A DNA stretch of 64,000 bases from assembly GCA_964591275.1 (NCBI GenBank), contig CAZQAE010000015.1, forward strand, positions 2,625-66,624. Reading direction: 5' to 3'. The DNA is from an uncultured bacterium (GTDB lineage Bacteria; Lernaellota; Lernaellaia; JACKCT01). Below the pieces are notes generated by a model. The model saw only the letters and a program-made list of their open reading frames with translations. It searched no databases and was not told the DNA's origin. Below are positions 29,254 to 40,042 of this stretch, one piece after another (the stretch's first letter is position 1; each line of letters opens with the position of its first letter). Position numbers and translations under genes: made by a program.

Positions 29254-31746
29254 ATGAAAATAACGATACGGTCGTCTCGTCCATCCGCCGTCGCGATTGT
29301 TTGTTTCGCCGCGTTTATCTTGGCGGCTTCTCAAGGCCTCGCCGCTTCTGTGATCTATTATGAAAGCCCTGACGACGCCGGGGTCGGCGTCATGGAAGCC
29401 AACATGCTTCTGAATCTGGTTGGGCATTTCGACGCATCCATCACGCAGCGAAATATCCGCGACTATCAAGCCGGGGATCTGGCACATTTCGATCAGGGAT
29501 ATTTCATTGGCACGGGCAACGGCGATTCCATCCCCGCCGCTTTCTTCGACGACCTGGTTATCGGCGCGCGTCCCTTTATGTGGATCGGCGCGAACTTTGA
29601 TCGCCTGACGACTTACGTGGGCGGTAGCGGGCCCTTCGGTTTTGAGTTGCTCAACTGGACATCAGGCGACGGATTCGATCTTGTCCGCTACAAGGGGCTG
29701 TCGATCCCGCGCATTTCCGACCTGTCTTTTTATGAAACGGCCATCACCGGCGCGCCGACCGTGCACGCCCTGATCGCCTCAACAACTGGAGATGACACAT
29801 TCCCCTATTTCCTTTGTGGCCAAAACCTTTGCTATCTGGCCGACGATCCGATGTACTTTTACGGGACCGACGACCGTCCCTATGTCCTCGCCGATCTTTT
29901 GCATATCTTCAACAATACCGGCATCGGTGAGGTGAAGCAGGCCATGGTGCGTTTCGAGGATGTGGCGCCCGTCGTCAATGATTCGGTCGTCTTGCAAACA
30001 TTCGCGCAGACTTTCGCGGACCGGAATATTCCCTTTTCCGTGGGCGTCATTTCCATTTATAAGGACCCCCTGGGGCAATATTTCCCCCCGGATTCGGAAT
30101 TTCATTTTTCCGACGACCCGGCCTTCGTTGCATTTCTGAACAATATGCAAACCCAGGGCGGCACTCTCATCATGCACGGCGTCACGCACCAGCACGACAA
30201 CGGCATTACGGGCAGCGATTGGGAGTTCGTGCAGGACTACTGGGCCGCCCCGCTGCCCTATGATTCAGAGGAATGGGTCCGAAACAAAGTGGAAACGGGC
30301 TTCGATGAATTTAACGGCCAGGGCTGGAGCCCCTGGATATGGGAAACGCCGCATTACGCCGCCTCCCACGGCGACTACCTGATCATTTCAGATTATTTCG
30401 ATGTATGTTTTGAGTTTCCGTTGGTATTTCCGGTGCGGGTTGACGCGGCGCCGATCTTTGTCACGGACCTTTCGCCCACAAGCCAGATCGTCCCCTTTTT
30501 CACGGCCACGGGTTCGTCGAACATGGCCATTTTGCCCATGACCCTGGGTTACATCGACAACAGCACGCCCACGCAAACACCCGAGGCCCTTCTGGAAATG
30601 GCTGATCACCTAGCCATCGTTCGCGACGGCGTGGCATCGTTTTTCTTCCACCATCTTGAAGTCTCTGTTGAGGACGTGATGACCATCGTGAACGGTCTTG
30701 AGGACAGGGGTTATGTCTTCGTCGGACCGGAGGCCTTCATCGACGCGCCGACCACAACCACCACGACTTCGACAACGACCACCAGCACTACCACGACGAG
30801 CACAACAACAACTTTGCCGCCGACAACAACTTCAACAACGACAACAGTTGCTCCGCCTACGACAACATCTACCAGCGTCACTCCGACGACGACCAGCACG
30901 ACGACGACGACTACAACGACAATTACGACACCGACAACGACGAGCAGCACGACGACGAGCAGCACGACGACGACGACCGGCGTCGAGCCGACGGATCCCG
31001 TTGTGACCGTCACCTCTCCTGATTGCATCGAACCTGGAGAACCGGCACATCTCACAGTGCGCGTGGATTACTTCGTCCCGGACGATCAGGCCCTCATTGC
31101 GGTGCAGTTCCAACTGGGCTGGAGTTGGACATTAATTCAGGCCTATCTTCCTCCGACCGGCAGTATCCCCGGCGCATGGAGCGCCAATAATCCCCATAGC
31201 GACATCGTCAACTGGGTTTTCAACGCGACGAGCGAGTTCGGCGGCGGCACAGTGAACGGCGAGACGGTCACCTTCGAGTTGGACGTCCTGGTCGGGACCG
31301 ATGTCGGCGACACGAACGTTCTTGTCGCCTTATACGGAGACGAGAACGGGGCACCGCCTTACGATTGGGGCCCCATTACATTCAACTTCGACCTGTGCAT
31401 CCCGACGACAACGACCTCCACGACTTCAACGACAACAACAACTTCAACAACAACGACTCAGCCGCCTACAACAACCACAATCGGGACAACGACAACAACG
31501 ATTTTCGCGGACGACGACGTTGACGACGACGCGGACGATGATCTGAATGACGATATGGACGACGACGTTGACGATGACGCAGACGATGACGCAGACGATG
31601 ACGCGGATGATGATCTAAACGACGATTTTGATGACGATGCTGATGATGATTTTGCTGATGATGACTCAGATGATGACAGCTCAACAATCCCGGATGATGT
31701 TGAAGGCGACGATGACGATGATTCAGGACCTTGTTGCGGCGGGTGA
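29254..31746 (+). CDS. Secreted DUF2334/polysaccharide-deacetylase-like protein with Thr- and Asp-rich tracts and terminal CCGG
   Basis: SPI signal; VRFEDV, MHGVTHQ, WETPHYAAS, VRDGVASFFFH; ends DDDDDSGPCCGG*. Confidence 0.82.
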   Translation: MKITIRSSRPSAVAIVCFAAFILAASQGLAASVIYYESPDDAGVGVMEANMLLNLVGHFDASITQRNIRDYQAGDLAHFDQGYFIGTGNGDSIPAAFFDDLVIGARPFMWIGANFDRLTTYVGGSGPFGFELLNWTSGDGFDLVRYKGLSIPRISDLSFYETAITGAPTVHALIASTTGDDTFPYFLCGQNLCYLADDPMYFYGTDDRPYVLADLLHIFNNTGIGEVKQAMVRFEDVAPVVNDSVVLQTFAQTFADRNIPFSVGVISIYKDPLGQYFPPDSEFHFSDDPAFVAFLNNMQTQGGTLIMHGVTHQHDNGITGSDWEFVQDYWAAPLPYDSEEWVRNKVETGFDEFNGQGWSPWIWETPHYAASHGDYLIISDYFDVCFEFPLVFPVRVDAAPIFVTDLSPTSQIVPFFTATGSSNMAILPMTLGYIDNSTPTQTPEALLEMADHLAIVRDGVASFFFHHLEVSVEDVMTIVNGLEDRGYVFVGPEAFIDAPTTTTTTSTTTTSTTTTSTTTTLPPTTTSTTTTVAPPTTTSTSVTPTTTSTTTTTTTTITTPTTTSSTTTSSTTTTTGVEPTDPVVTVTSPDCIEPGEPAHLTVRVDYFVPDDQALIAVQFQLGWSWTLIQAYLPPTGSIPGAWSANNPHSDIVNWVFNATSEFGGGTVNGETVTFELDVLVGTDVGDTNVLVALYGDENGAPPYDWGPITFNFDLCIPTTTTSTTSTTTTTSTTTTQPPTTTTIGTTTTTIFADDDVDDDADDDLNDDMDDDVDDDADDDADDDADDDLNDDFDDDADDDFADDDSDDDSSTIPDDVEGDDDDDSGPCCGG

Positions 31747-31764
31747 TGCTACATCCGCTTCGAT

Positions 31765-32676
31765 TTATTCCTCCAGAATCTCTTCTGAGCCGAACTGCTC
31801 AATTTTAAGATGCGGGTAGATGTCGTTTAGTTCCTTGATGAAAATATCGGCAATAACCTGGTGGCCAAATTCCGTGGCGTGGAGAAAATCGAGTCTGATC
31901 ACGTCGAAAAACCCAATCTTTACTCCATCGTAGAAAACCCGCCCGCCCAGCAGCGCGTCCATATAATAATCAAAATCGATCAACCGAGCGCCGGGGCGTT
32001 TGTCAATCTCTTCCTGCATAATCTCCAGCACCCTGTCTTTGTCGCCAAAAAACCCGGCCATGTTCATGAGCATTTTGGGGATGTTGCCGCCAATGAAGGT
32101 TTCCCCTTCTTCCAGGCCGGTTTCGCCATAGATGTTGTCCAGGTAATCTGAAAATTTCCCCCGGATGACTTCCTCGGAAGAAGTAAATGACAACGACCAG
32201 AAAAATGCGTCTATTGCCAGAGAAATCGTCGTATCGGCAGTGATCCTGTCGGATTCGTCATCCCAGTAGATCCAAAACTCCGGCTCGTAATCAACGCACT
32301 GCCCCAAATTTATCCATGCCCGCTCAATAGCTTTGGCATAGTAAAATTCGGCGGTTTGCTCCATCCCAAAGGGCGGAGAACCGGAAGTCGGGTTGCTGTA
32401 GCTTGCGCCGGCGATGAAGACCTTTTTGAACAGATTCATTTCCACATCCGTCAGGTCATCGCAGGAAAAGGGTCCATCGTCATCGGAATCGTCGTTTAGG
32501 TCATCATCTGCGTCATCGTCATCAGACGCGTTGTCGTCATCATCGTCGCTGGTATCGTCGTCTTCGGTTGCGTTGCCGGAATCATCATCATCGTCTTCGC
32601 CTGATGAACAGGATAAGAACAGGGAGGAGAAAAGAAGCAACACGATGCTTATTGCGAAAAAAGTTTTTGCGCTCAT
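31765..32676 (-). CDS. Asp-rich lipoprotein with divergent SGNH-like hydrolase domain
   Basis: Lipobox FLSC; GASYS block I and DFLHATEFGHQVIA block V. Confidence 0.6.
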   Translation of the reverse strand: MSAKTFFAISIVLLLFSSLFLSCSSGEDDDDDSGNATEDDDTSDDDDDNASDDDDADDDLNDDSDDDGPFSCDDLTDVEMNLFKKVFIAGASYSNPTSGSPPFGMEQTAEFYYAKAIERAWINLGQCVDYEPEFWIYWDDESDRITADTTISLAIDAFFWSLSFTSSEEVIRGKFSDYLDNIYGETGLEEGETFIGGNIPKMLMNMAGFFGDKDRVLEIMQEEIDKRPGARLIDFDYYMDALLGGRVFYDGVKIGFFDVIRLDFLHATEFGHQVIADIFIKELNDIYPHLKIEQFGSEEILEE

Positions 32677-32859
32677 GAAGCTCCCCAATATGAGTGATTC
32701 TCATTTTAATCCAAAAACGACCCTTAAAAACAGTAGCCAAGCCACAAGGGAAAAGCAAATTACCAGAGACCGACAGGATCATGAAGATATAGTGTCCCAG
32801 GTGTTTTGCAACCAGGTCATCCGGCATCTATCAAAACATTATTCTTGGCCTGTACGGTT

Positions 32860-34326
32860 CTAAGCTGTTTTTGAAACTGGCTTCAGACCATCGAGCAACT
32901 TGCGGGATAAAACCAAGTTTCGCTCAATGGCGCACATCAGTCCAGACTGCTTCTTTTGGCTTTTCGCCAGTCGCTTGCGGTGGCGGCTAAGTTTCGCGAG
33001 ATATGAGCGTAGTTGTCTAAAAGCTCTCGCGTGCGCCGCGCCCACTGACTCGTTATAGTCACGCACCGTTTCCTGGATACGATCATGCAGATCGCTGATT
33101 TCCTGTTCCAAATCCTGGCGCCCGGCTTGCGAGACCTCGTCGGCGCTGTGATAAGCATCGGCCAGATTTTCGAGTTCCCGCACAATCGGTTTCAGAAAAT
33201 CCATAAGCTCAGAGCGTTCAAATTCAAACGATGCCGCCCTGGCGCCTTTTCTTCCGGGATCAATGTACGATGCGTCCCCGCGCTCCCTTTGAACCATTTC
33301 GTTTTGCGTGAGCAGTCGCGCCGAGTGAATTTGTGTCAACGGCGAGTCAGCACTGACGATTGGCGAAAAGGGCGCCGGACTGTTGACGTCCACGACCCGG
33401 CTGAAATACTGCGCCCACGCATTATCCTCGCCATAAGCGGTGTCGCTAATGCCCACGGTTTCCACTTTGGGATCCAAAATGTCCGGGAAACGTTCAAGCA
33501 GATGCGTAATTTTCATGTACGAAGAGTTTTGCTTGAACTTGTCCGGCGGGGAAATCCTCTTGGGTTTCCAATACAGAAAAAAGAATCTGTAAATGAAATG
33601 CGGCGAGCTGAGAAAACCATCCTGTTCCTCAATTGAGGTATAGATGACATCGTCAATGCCGAGCTGCTCGCGCGCCGTTTCTAATATAGGCTGCGGAGAT
33701 GCACTGCTGATAATGATCTTCAATTTTGGGAATTTTTTCCGCAAGGCTTCAAAATCCTCGCGGAAAAACACTTGGTCGCCGGCATGACGGAGCCACAGCC
33801 TCCGACTCATTTTGCGTAAGACTTCAAGCGGAAACTCCGTCAGGTGATGCATCAGGGCCAGACGAGGTATCTCCTGCACAACGGCCACCGGATGCGTTCC
33901 GAATATCTTGTAGATCAGCCTGTTGCTCCAGGCGAAACGTCCGGCCAACTTGCCGAAAAACAAATAAAAAAGACCGGGATACGCCCATAGCCTCGCGCCG
34001 CGCAGCATATATTTCAGCGTGGCGATCGGTCTGTTTTTGTCAAATAGAAAGCGGCTTTTTGTTCGCTTGTGTTCAACGAGGGCCAGGTAATCTTCCCCGT
34101 AACAAGAGCCGGCGGACAGTTCCCAACCGAGCAATTCACCGAGGTTGCGCCCGAAATGAAAAGTTCTGTCCAGGTCCATGACAAGGTATTTTGTTTTGGC
34201 CGTTATCACCTGATTGAGCAGATCGCTGCCACGCAAATAATCGCCGTGGATAGTGATGTTGTCGACAACGCGCGTGTATTTTCCGTCCGTACTGCGACTG
34301 GAGCCAATAAACTGTTTCGAAATCAT
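32860..34326 (-). CDS. HAD-superfamily-like protein with C-terminal coiled coil
   Basis: VMDLDRT motif I, IISSAS motif II, GISDT..ED motif IV-like. Confidence 0.55.
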   Translation of the reverse strand: MISKQFIGSSRSTDGKYTRVVDNITIHGDYLRGSDLLNQVITAKTKYLVMDLDRTFHFGRNLGELLGWELSAGSCYGEDYLALVEHKRTKSRFLFDKNRPIATLKYMLRGARLWAYPGLFYLFFGKLAGRFAWSNRLIYKIFGTHPVAVVQEIPRLALMHHLTEFPLEVLRKMSRRLWLRHAGDQVFFREDFEALRKKFPKLKIIISSASPQPILETAREQLGIDDVIYTSIEEQDGFLSSPHFIYRFFFLYWKPKRISPPDKFKQNSSYMKITHLLERFPDILDPKVETVGISDTAYGEDNAWAQYFSRVVDVNSPAPFSPIVSADSPLTQIHSARLLTQNEMVQRERGDASYIDPGRKGARAASFEFERSELMDFLKPIVRELENLADAYHSADEVSQAGRQDLEQEISDLHDRIQETVRDYNESVGAAHARAFRQLRSYLAKLSRHRKRLAKSQKKQSGLMCAIERNLVLSRKLLDGLKPVSKTA

Positions 34327-34685
34327 GGTTTTCCTTTCTCTTCACAGTCAGGCTCGACGAAACCTCTCGGCTTCAATGAAATCAACAACTTCCAAGCATT
34401 CCAAAATAAGCCCAATCCTGTCAACACCATGTTGTTTTTGGGTGTGCGACCTAAAAGGCGATAATTCACCCAGCTCACATCCAGGTCCACGGGACGGCGC
34501 ATCCACAATTTTCCTGCAATCGTTTGTGCCGCTCTTCGGGTCGCAAATTATCCGCATCCTGACTTTGCCACGAAGCTTTGCTTTTCTTTCATCTCCAAGC
34601 GCCCTATTATGCGCTTTGAGTAAGGTCAATTCTTTTTCAAATAATCGGGTTTTTTTTCAATCCCGAAATTTTGGAGTTTGAAAAT

Positions 34686-36977
34686 ATGTATCGTCTGTTC
34701 ATTGCAACACCGATATTGCTTATCGCAATTTTATGTTCCGGCCTGCTTGTCCCCAAAGCAGCCTTTTGCGACGGCGTCGTGACGGGAATGGTTAGCGATC
34801 AGCAGCTTCTCATTCCCATCTCCGGCATAGAGATCGTTGTCGAGGGAACGGATATCTCCACGCTTACTGACGATGAGGGACGCTTCGCGCTGCCCGCCCT
34901 GGCGGACGGTGACTATAAGATTGTGCTTCAATCTTCTCAGCATGAGCGAACCGTGAAAGAGGTTGTGATCAGCGGGAAAAATGTCGAGCTGGACATCGAA
35001 CTGATTGCCGCGAAGGGCGCTGTCGTATTAAGGGAAGTCTCCGTTTCGGCCAAGCGCGAAGTCGTGGCGACGGCCAAGCAATCTCTGAAACGCGAGGAGA
35101 TCATGACCGCGCCCGGCGCGGGCAACGATGCGGTGCGCGTGGTGCAGTCGCTGCCGGGCGTTGCGAATCTTGGGATTCAGAGTTATGGCGCCGGCGGTTT
35201 GGTCATTCGCGGCACCGGCGCGGAAGACAGCGGCTACTACCTGGACGGTTTTTTTCTACCCCAGTTATTTCACTTCGGCGGTTTGCAGACCGTGGTCAAT
35301 TCCGAATGGATCGAGTCGCTGGATTACTACGCCGGCGGATATTCGGTCATGTACGGCGAAGCCATGGGCGGCATCGTCGAGATCAACACGCGCATGCCCG
35401 AAGCCGAGGATTTCGCCGGTGTTGTCGATTTGACCAATTACTCCAGCTTCGCTTTGGTCGAAGGACCTTTTGGCAAAGACAGCGACTGGAGCGGCGGCGC
35501 CTCGGTTCGCCGCAGCTTCATCGATTTCATTTTGCCGGAGTTTCTCCCTGATGATCAGGCGGAGTTTACGATGGTCCCCCGCTTCTATGATTATCAGGCC
35601 ATTGTGGCATACAAGCCCAACACACATCATACATTCAAATTTTTTGCTTTCGGCAGCGACGACCGTATGGGCCTTGCCAGCGAGAGAGCCGATGAGGAAA
35701 GTCCAACAGCAAATATGTCCTTTGACATGGAACTTTGGTTTCATCGCCCCATTCTGTCATGGACATACACGCCGAATCCGCGCATCAACAACCGCCTGGG
35801 AATTTCTCCCCGGCTCCAAAAATTGTACTTCAAGGTTTTCGCGGACAAGTATATCGAGTTCACCATCAAGGACATGGAGCTTCGCGAGGATTTCACCATC
35901 GATTTGGCGGATTGGAATACGCTGTCGCTCGGCCTTGTTCTGGACGCCTATCAATTCGACATAGAAGCCGACGTCGTGCAGCCTCCCAAAGAAGGCGATC
36001 CTTCCGGCGCTGATCTTTTTAACGACGTGGGAGTCGTGTTCAAGGAAACGATATTCACCGAGATTCTCATCGGCTATATCGAAGACACATTCGATATCGG
36101 ACCTTTCAGCCTGACGCCGGGTCTGCGGGCTTCAACGGCTATTTATCAATATGAGGACGGCAGCGTCGAAGGCGATATGAGCGCTCTTGACCCACGCTTT
36201 TTCGCCCGCTGGCGAATCACGGATTCGGCGACGCTTAAAGGTTCGGCGGGGATGTATCACCAGTACCCGCAGGGCGATGAGATGGTGGAGCCCTTCGGCA
36301 CGCCGAAAATTGAGCCCGAAGTCGCCAACTCCTACGGAGGCGGCGTGGAATACGATTTCGGCGAGGGGTACGCGATGGACGCGCAGGGCTACTACAAGCA
36401 AATGCTCAACCTGGTGTCGGGCACGGAGTCGGGCGCCGACGAGCCTTATGACAACGAGGGCATCGGACACGTATACGGCGCGGAACTTCTGGTGAGAAAG
36501 GCATTGACGGACAGACTTTACGGTTGGCTGTCTTACACGTACTCGGTCAGCGAGAGGCGAAACCGACCGGGCGGCGACTGGCGCTATTTCGACCAGGATC
36601 AGCGACACAACTTCATTCTCCTGGGTTCATATCGCATTGGTGACGCGTGGCGCGTGGGAGGCAAGTTCTCCTACGGAACCGGCACGCCTTTTACAGAAAT
36701 CGATACGGCGATATACAATACCGACACCGACTCCTACATCCCGATTTATTCTGAGGACATCAACGTCGAGCGGCAGGATGACGTTCATCAATTGGACCTG
36801 CGCGTGGATAAGGTGTGGCAGTACACGAATTGGGAACTGCTGACCTATTTGGACGTGCAAAACGTCTATTTTGAAAAGCAGCCGATTGGCTACATGTATA
36901 ATTACGACTATACGGAAAAAGAAGCCGTGTCCTTCCCGTCGTTTTATCCGACGTTGGGAGTATCCGCACGGTGGTAA
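34686..36977 (+). CDS. TonB-dependent receptor with carboxypeptidase-regulatory-like N-domain
   Basis: TDDEGRF, VVQSLPGV, IRG, GGIVEI plug motifs; beta-barrel ending GVSARW. Confidence 0.9.
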   Translation: MYRLFIATPILLIAILCSGLLVPKAAFCDGVVTGMVSDQQLLIPISGIEIVVEGTDISTLTDDEGRFALPALADGDYKIVLQSSQHERTVKEVVISGKNVELDIELIAAKGAVVLREVSVSAKREVVATAKQSLKREEIMTAPGAGNDAVRVVQSLPGVANLGIQSYGAGGLVIRGTGAEDSGYYLDGFFLPQLFHFGGLQTVVNSEWIESLDYYAGGYSVMYGEAMGGIVEINTRMPEAEDFAGVVDLTNYSSFALVEGPFGKDSDWSGGASVRRSFIDFILPEFLPDDQAEFTMVPRFYDYQAIVAYKPNTHHTFKFFAFGSDDRMGLASERADEESPTANMSFDMELWFHRPILSWTYTPNPRINNRLGISPRLQKLYFKVFADKYIEFTIKDMELREDFTIDLADWNTLSLGLVLDAYQFDIEADVVQPPKEGDPSGADLFNDVGVVFKETIFTEILIGYIEDTFDIGPFSLTPGLRASTAIYQYEDGSVEGDMSALDPRFFARWRITDSATLKGSAGMYHQYPQGDEMVEPFGTPKIEPEVANSYGGGVEYDFGEGYAMDAQGYYKQMLNLVSGTESGADEPYDNEGIGHVYGAELLVRKALTDRLYGWLSYTYSVSERRNRPGGDWRYFDQDQRHNFILLGSYRIGDAWRVGGKFSYGTGTPFTEIDTAIYNTDTDSYIPIYSEDINVERQDDVHQLDLRVDKVWQYTNWELLTYLDVQNVYFEKQPIGYMYNYDYTEKEAVSFPSFYPTLGVSARW

Positions 36978-36992
36978 TCAATGGAGCAATAG

Positions 36993-37853
36993 ATGAAATA
37001 TAGATTTAACACGGCCATCGCGGTTTCGGCGCTTGGCCTTTTCGGAATTGCCCTGGTTCTTTCGTTATCGTGCGACATACCCGATTTTGACGCGCCCAGC
37101 CGCATCACGAGTTTGCGGGTCCTGGCGATCAAGTCGGAACCCCGGGAAGTCAGTCCGGGCGATGAGGTGGTCATTTCCGGTCTGGCCGTCAACAAAGATG
37201 GAACGCCGTACATGGTTCCGATGGTGTGGTTTCTTGGAGGCGTGATCGCGCTGTCTGGCGCTGATCGCTCAAGCGACTTGCCCGATGGCCTGACGCATAT
37301 TCAGATGAGCGAAGACGATCCCTTTGTTCTGACAATCCCGACGGGTGATGAGTATGAGGCGATCTTCGGCGAATACAATCCTGACGGGACGGTGCTGACC
37401 ATCGGCATGGGCGTCGGCGATCTGGAAGACCCAACCCTGTCCATCAAAACGATGATGGTGCGCGACAACAATTCTTTTGAGAATCCGGTTTTCCACGGCA
37501 TCGATTTCATGGTCGAGGGCCGTTATGTACTGCCCGACGAGGAAGGGATATACGATGTGGGAAACACGAAAGCGATCAAGGTCATCGCCAACGTCGATTT
37601 TCCCACCGGCGACGAAAAAACTTTTCACTGGTACACTGCCACGAAAGGTCTCAAGGAATTTTCGGTGGACAAGGCCGTCGAGTGGAGCTTGCCCAAGGAC
37701 CAGGGGGTCTATGACATTTATTGTGTGGCGCGGGAAAATTCGGGCACCGAGTTCGGCGACGGTGAATACAATGTCAAAAGCGCCGGCGTCGATTGGGGCT
37801 CCGCGCGTATTCGGGTATCCGCAGATATGACTTTGGTGAACTGGGCTAATTAA
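36993..37853 (+). CDS. Lipoprotein partner of TonB-dependent receptor
   Basis: Lipobox SLSC; RITSLRVLAIKSEP; 15 nt after the receptor stop. Confidence 0.75.
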   Translation: MKYRFNTAIAVSALGLFGIALVLSLSCDIPDFDAPSRITSLRVLAIKSEPREVSPGDEVVISGLAVNKDGTPYMVPMVWFLGGVIALSGADRSSDLPDGLTHIQMSEDDPFVLTIPTGDEYEAIFGEYNPDGTVLTIGMGVGDLEDPTLSIKTMMVRDNNSFENPVFHGIDFMVEGRYVLPDEEGIYDVGNTKAIKVIANVDFPTGDEKTFHWYTATKGLKEFSVDKAVEWSLPKDQGVYDIYCVARENSGTEFGDGEYNVKSAGVDWGSARIRVSADMTLVNWAN

Positions 37854-37875
37854 ACGCGAAACATGGGGAGGCGAA

Positions 37876-38322
37876 ATGAGCATTTCAAAGAAACCTGTTA
37901 GCGCAAAAAGCACGCTGAACGAAGCTTACGATTACGACAATCCTGTGCCCTTCTCGCGGGCTTTTCGCGTGGATGTCAATGGCATCACGCAATTGTTCAT
38001 CTCCGGGACAGCCTCCGTGGATGAGAACGGCGATACGGTTTATGCGGGCGATCTGGAAAAACAGGTGAAACGCATGTTTCAAAACGTGACGCTTTTGCTT
38101 GAAGCCGAGGGCGCCTCCTGGCAGGACGTGGTGAAAACAGTTTTCTATCATCGGGACATCGACCGGGATTATATCGACATCAGCCGCTTTCGAACGGAGT
38201 TTTTCAACGAAGTCGGCCTGAAACAATATCCCGCCAGCGTGGGTATCGAAGCCCGCCTGTGCCGAGCGGACCTTCTTATCGAAATGGAAGCTTTGGCGAT
38301 ATACGAAACGCCGGTGAAATAA
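37876..38322 (+). CDS. RidA/YjgF family protein
   Basis: FSRA, LFISGTAS, LCRADLLIEMEALA. Confidence 0.88.
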   Translation: MSISKKPVSAKSTLNEAYDYDNPVPFSRAFRVDVNGITQLFISGTASVDENGDTVYAGDLEKQVKRMFQNVTLLLEAEGASWQDVVKTVFYHRDIDRDYIDISRFRTEFFNEVGLKQYPASVGIEARLCRADLLIEMEALAIYETPVK

Positions 38323-38403
38323 GACGACCGCCTAAAAAGCGGTCCCCATTTTATTGCCGCCTTCGGCAAGGAATTCGTAAAATAACTCAAAGAGCCTGAG
38401 AAA

Positions 38404-39951
38404 ATGCGTGCTGTCCGATTAGAAAATCTTTGGCATATATCACTGATTTTCATGGCGCTGTCGTCGACACTCTTTGCTTGCCTGCTTTCCTGCGGCGATA
38501 TGGAAGGCAAGGAGGAAAACCTATTTCCCGCGTCGGATTTCATGATCGATCAATCCGATCTGCGCCAAGTCTATGATCTCGATACCGGCGAATCAATACG
38601 TATCTATGCAGGAGAATCTTCGCAAATCACACTGCTGGGCATCGAAACGCAGTTCGATCAGGTTCGCGGCGCCGTCCGAAGCACCAGTGTGCTCGTCGAT
38701 GTAAACGGCGAGCAAATCCGGATTGAGACAGGCAACTACAACCTGCCGCGAACCATCGGGAATCTACGGATCGACTGCCCCACAACTCGCGATTACTACA
38801 TAAATACGGACGAAGACCAATGGGGCCTGGACAAAGACGCGCGCCTTCGCATCTGGCCTTTGGAGGGAACGCTTTTCGGTGAGCAAACGCTCGTTTATCC
38901 CGTTGCCAAGCAGCGGTGGATGGCCAATCGCACGCAGGCCGGCAACGAGCCCACCGACGATTACCTGCCCTTTCTGACCTCGATCTACTATCATTGCGGC
39001 GTGGATTTCGGCGGGACCGACGGCGTGGACGAGGTGGTGGCCGCAGCCGGCGGCACGATCATTTCAGCCGGCGGCGAAATCTTGGCCGGTTACGGCGATA
39101 CACCCGCACAATTGCAATATATGTTCATCGCCAAAAGGACCGATGTGCTCTATATCCTGGATGATCGGGGATGGTATTATCGATACAGCCACCTGCACAG
39201 CATCGACCCGTCGATAAGCGTTGGCGAACGCGTTGAAGCGGGTGATGTCATCGGCCTACTGGGCAACGAAGGGCATAGCGGCGGCTGGGCTCATCTTCAT
39301 TTTGAGATACTCATCAAACAGCCTTCCGGCAGATGGGGGGCGGAGCCGGCCTTCCCATATCTGTGGGAGGGATACGTTGAGCGCGAGAAACCGAAAATCA
39401 TTGCACTCGCACGTCCCCACCGTTTCGCCCAAGCGGGTGATGCCGTTGCGCTGGATGGATCAAAGTCAATGAGCTTTGACGGAGAAATCGTCAGCTACAA
39501 ATGGATTTTCACTGACGGCGACGTGTCCGAAGGTGAGACAGTCGAACACATTTACGAGCATCCCGGCTTTTACACGGAAATTCTTAAGGTGACTGACAAG
39601 GCGGGTAACGTGGCCTACGACTTTCCCATCGTGCAGGTCGTGCATGCCGATGACCAGAAACTTTTCTACACGTACATGCACGCTTCAAATACGCCGTCGA
39701 AGAACATTCACATCGGCGATGAAGTTCTATTCAAAGCCCGAACTTTCGGCTTCGGCGGCGGCGAGGAGCAATGGGACTTCGGCGATGGGAGTTCTTTGCA
39801 TACAACGCAATCTGGCAACGGACCCCTGGGAGATTATGCCTCGCTCACGCACACGTACGCCGCCTCCGGCGACTATCTCGTCAATATCAGTCGCACCAAT
39901 CATCGCGGCGAACCCGCCAACACGAGGTTGTGGGTACAGGTCTCTGAGTGA
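38404..39951 (+). CDS. M23 peptidase lipoprotein with PKD domains
   Basis: Lipobox LLSC; HCGVD, YSHL, HLHFE; WDFGDG PKD. Confidence 0.85.
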   Translation: MRAVRLENLWHISLIFMALSSTLFACLLSCGDMEGKEENLFPASDFMIDQSDLRQVYDLDTGESIRIYAGESSQITLLGIETQFDQVRGAVRSTSVLVDVNGEQIRIETGNYNLPRTIGNLRIDCPTTRDYYINTDEDQWGLDKDARLRIWPLEGTLFGEQTLVYPVAKQRWMANRTQAGNEPTDDYLPFLTSIYYHCGVDFGGTDGVDEVVAAAGGTIISAGGEILAGYGDTPAQLQYMFIAKRTDVLYILDDRGWYYRYSHLHSIDPSISVGERVEAGDVIGLLGNEGHSGGWAHLHFEILIKQPSGRWGAEPAFPYLWEGYVEREKPKIIALARPHRFAQAGDAVALDGSKSMSFDGEIVSYKWIFTDGDVSEGETVEHIYEHPGFYTEILKVTDKAGNVAYDFPIVQVVHADDQKLFYTYMHASNTPSKNIHIGDEVLFKARTFGFGGGEEQWDFGDGSSLHTTQSGNGPLGDYASLTHTYAASGDYLVNISRTNHRGEPANTRLWVQVSE

Positions 39952-40042
39952 GTGCTTGAAGCATTGACTCACTACCGACGATTTGCATTTCCCTAAATTT
40001 CGTGCCAGTTAGATTTGCTGAGGAATTTGACGGGAGCATCAC

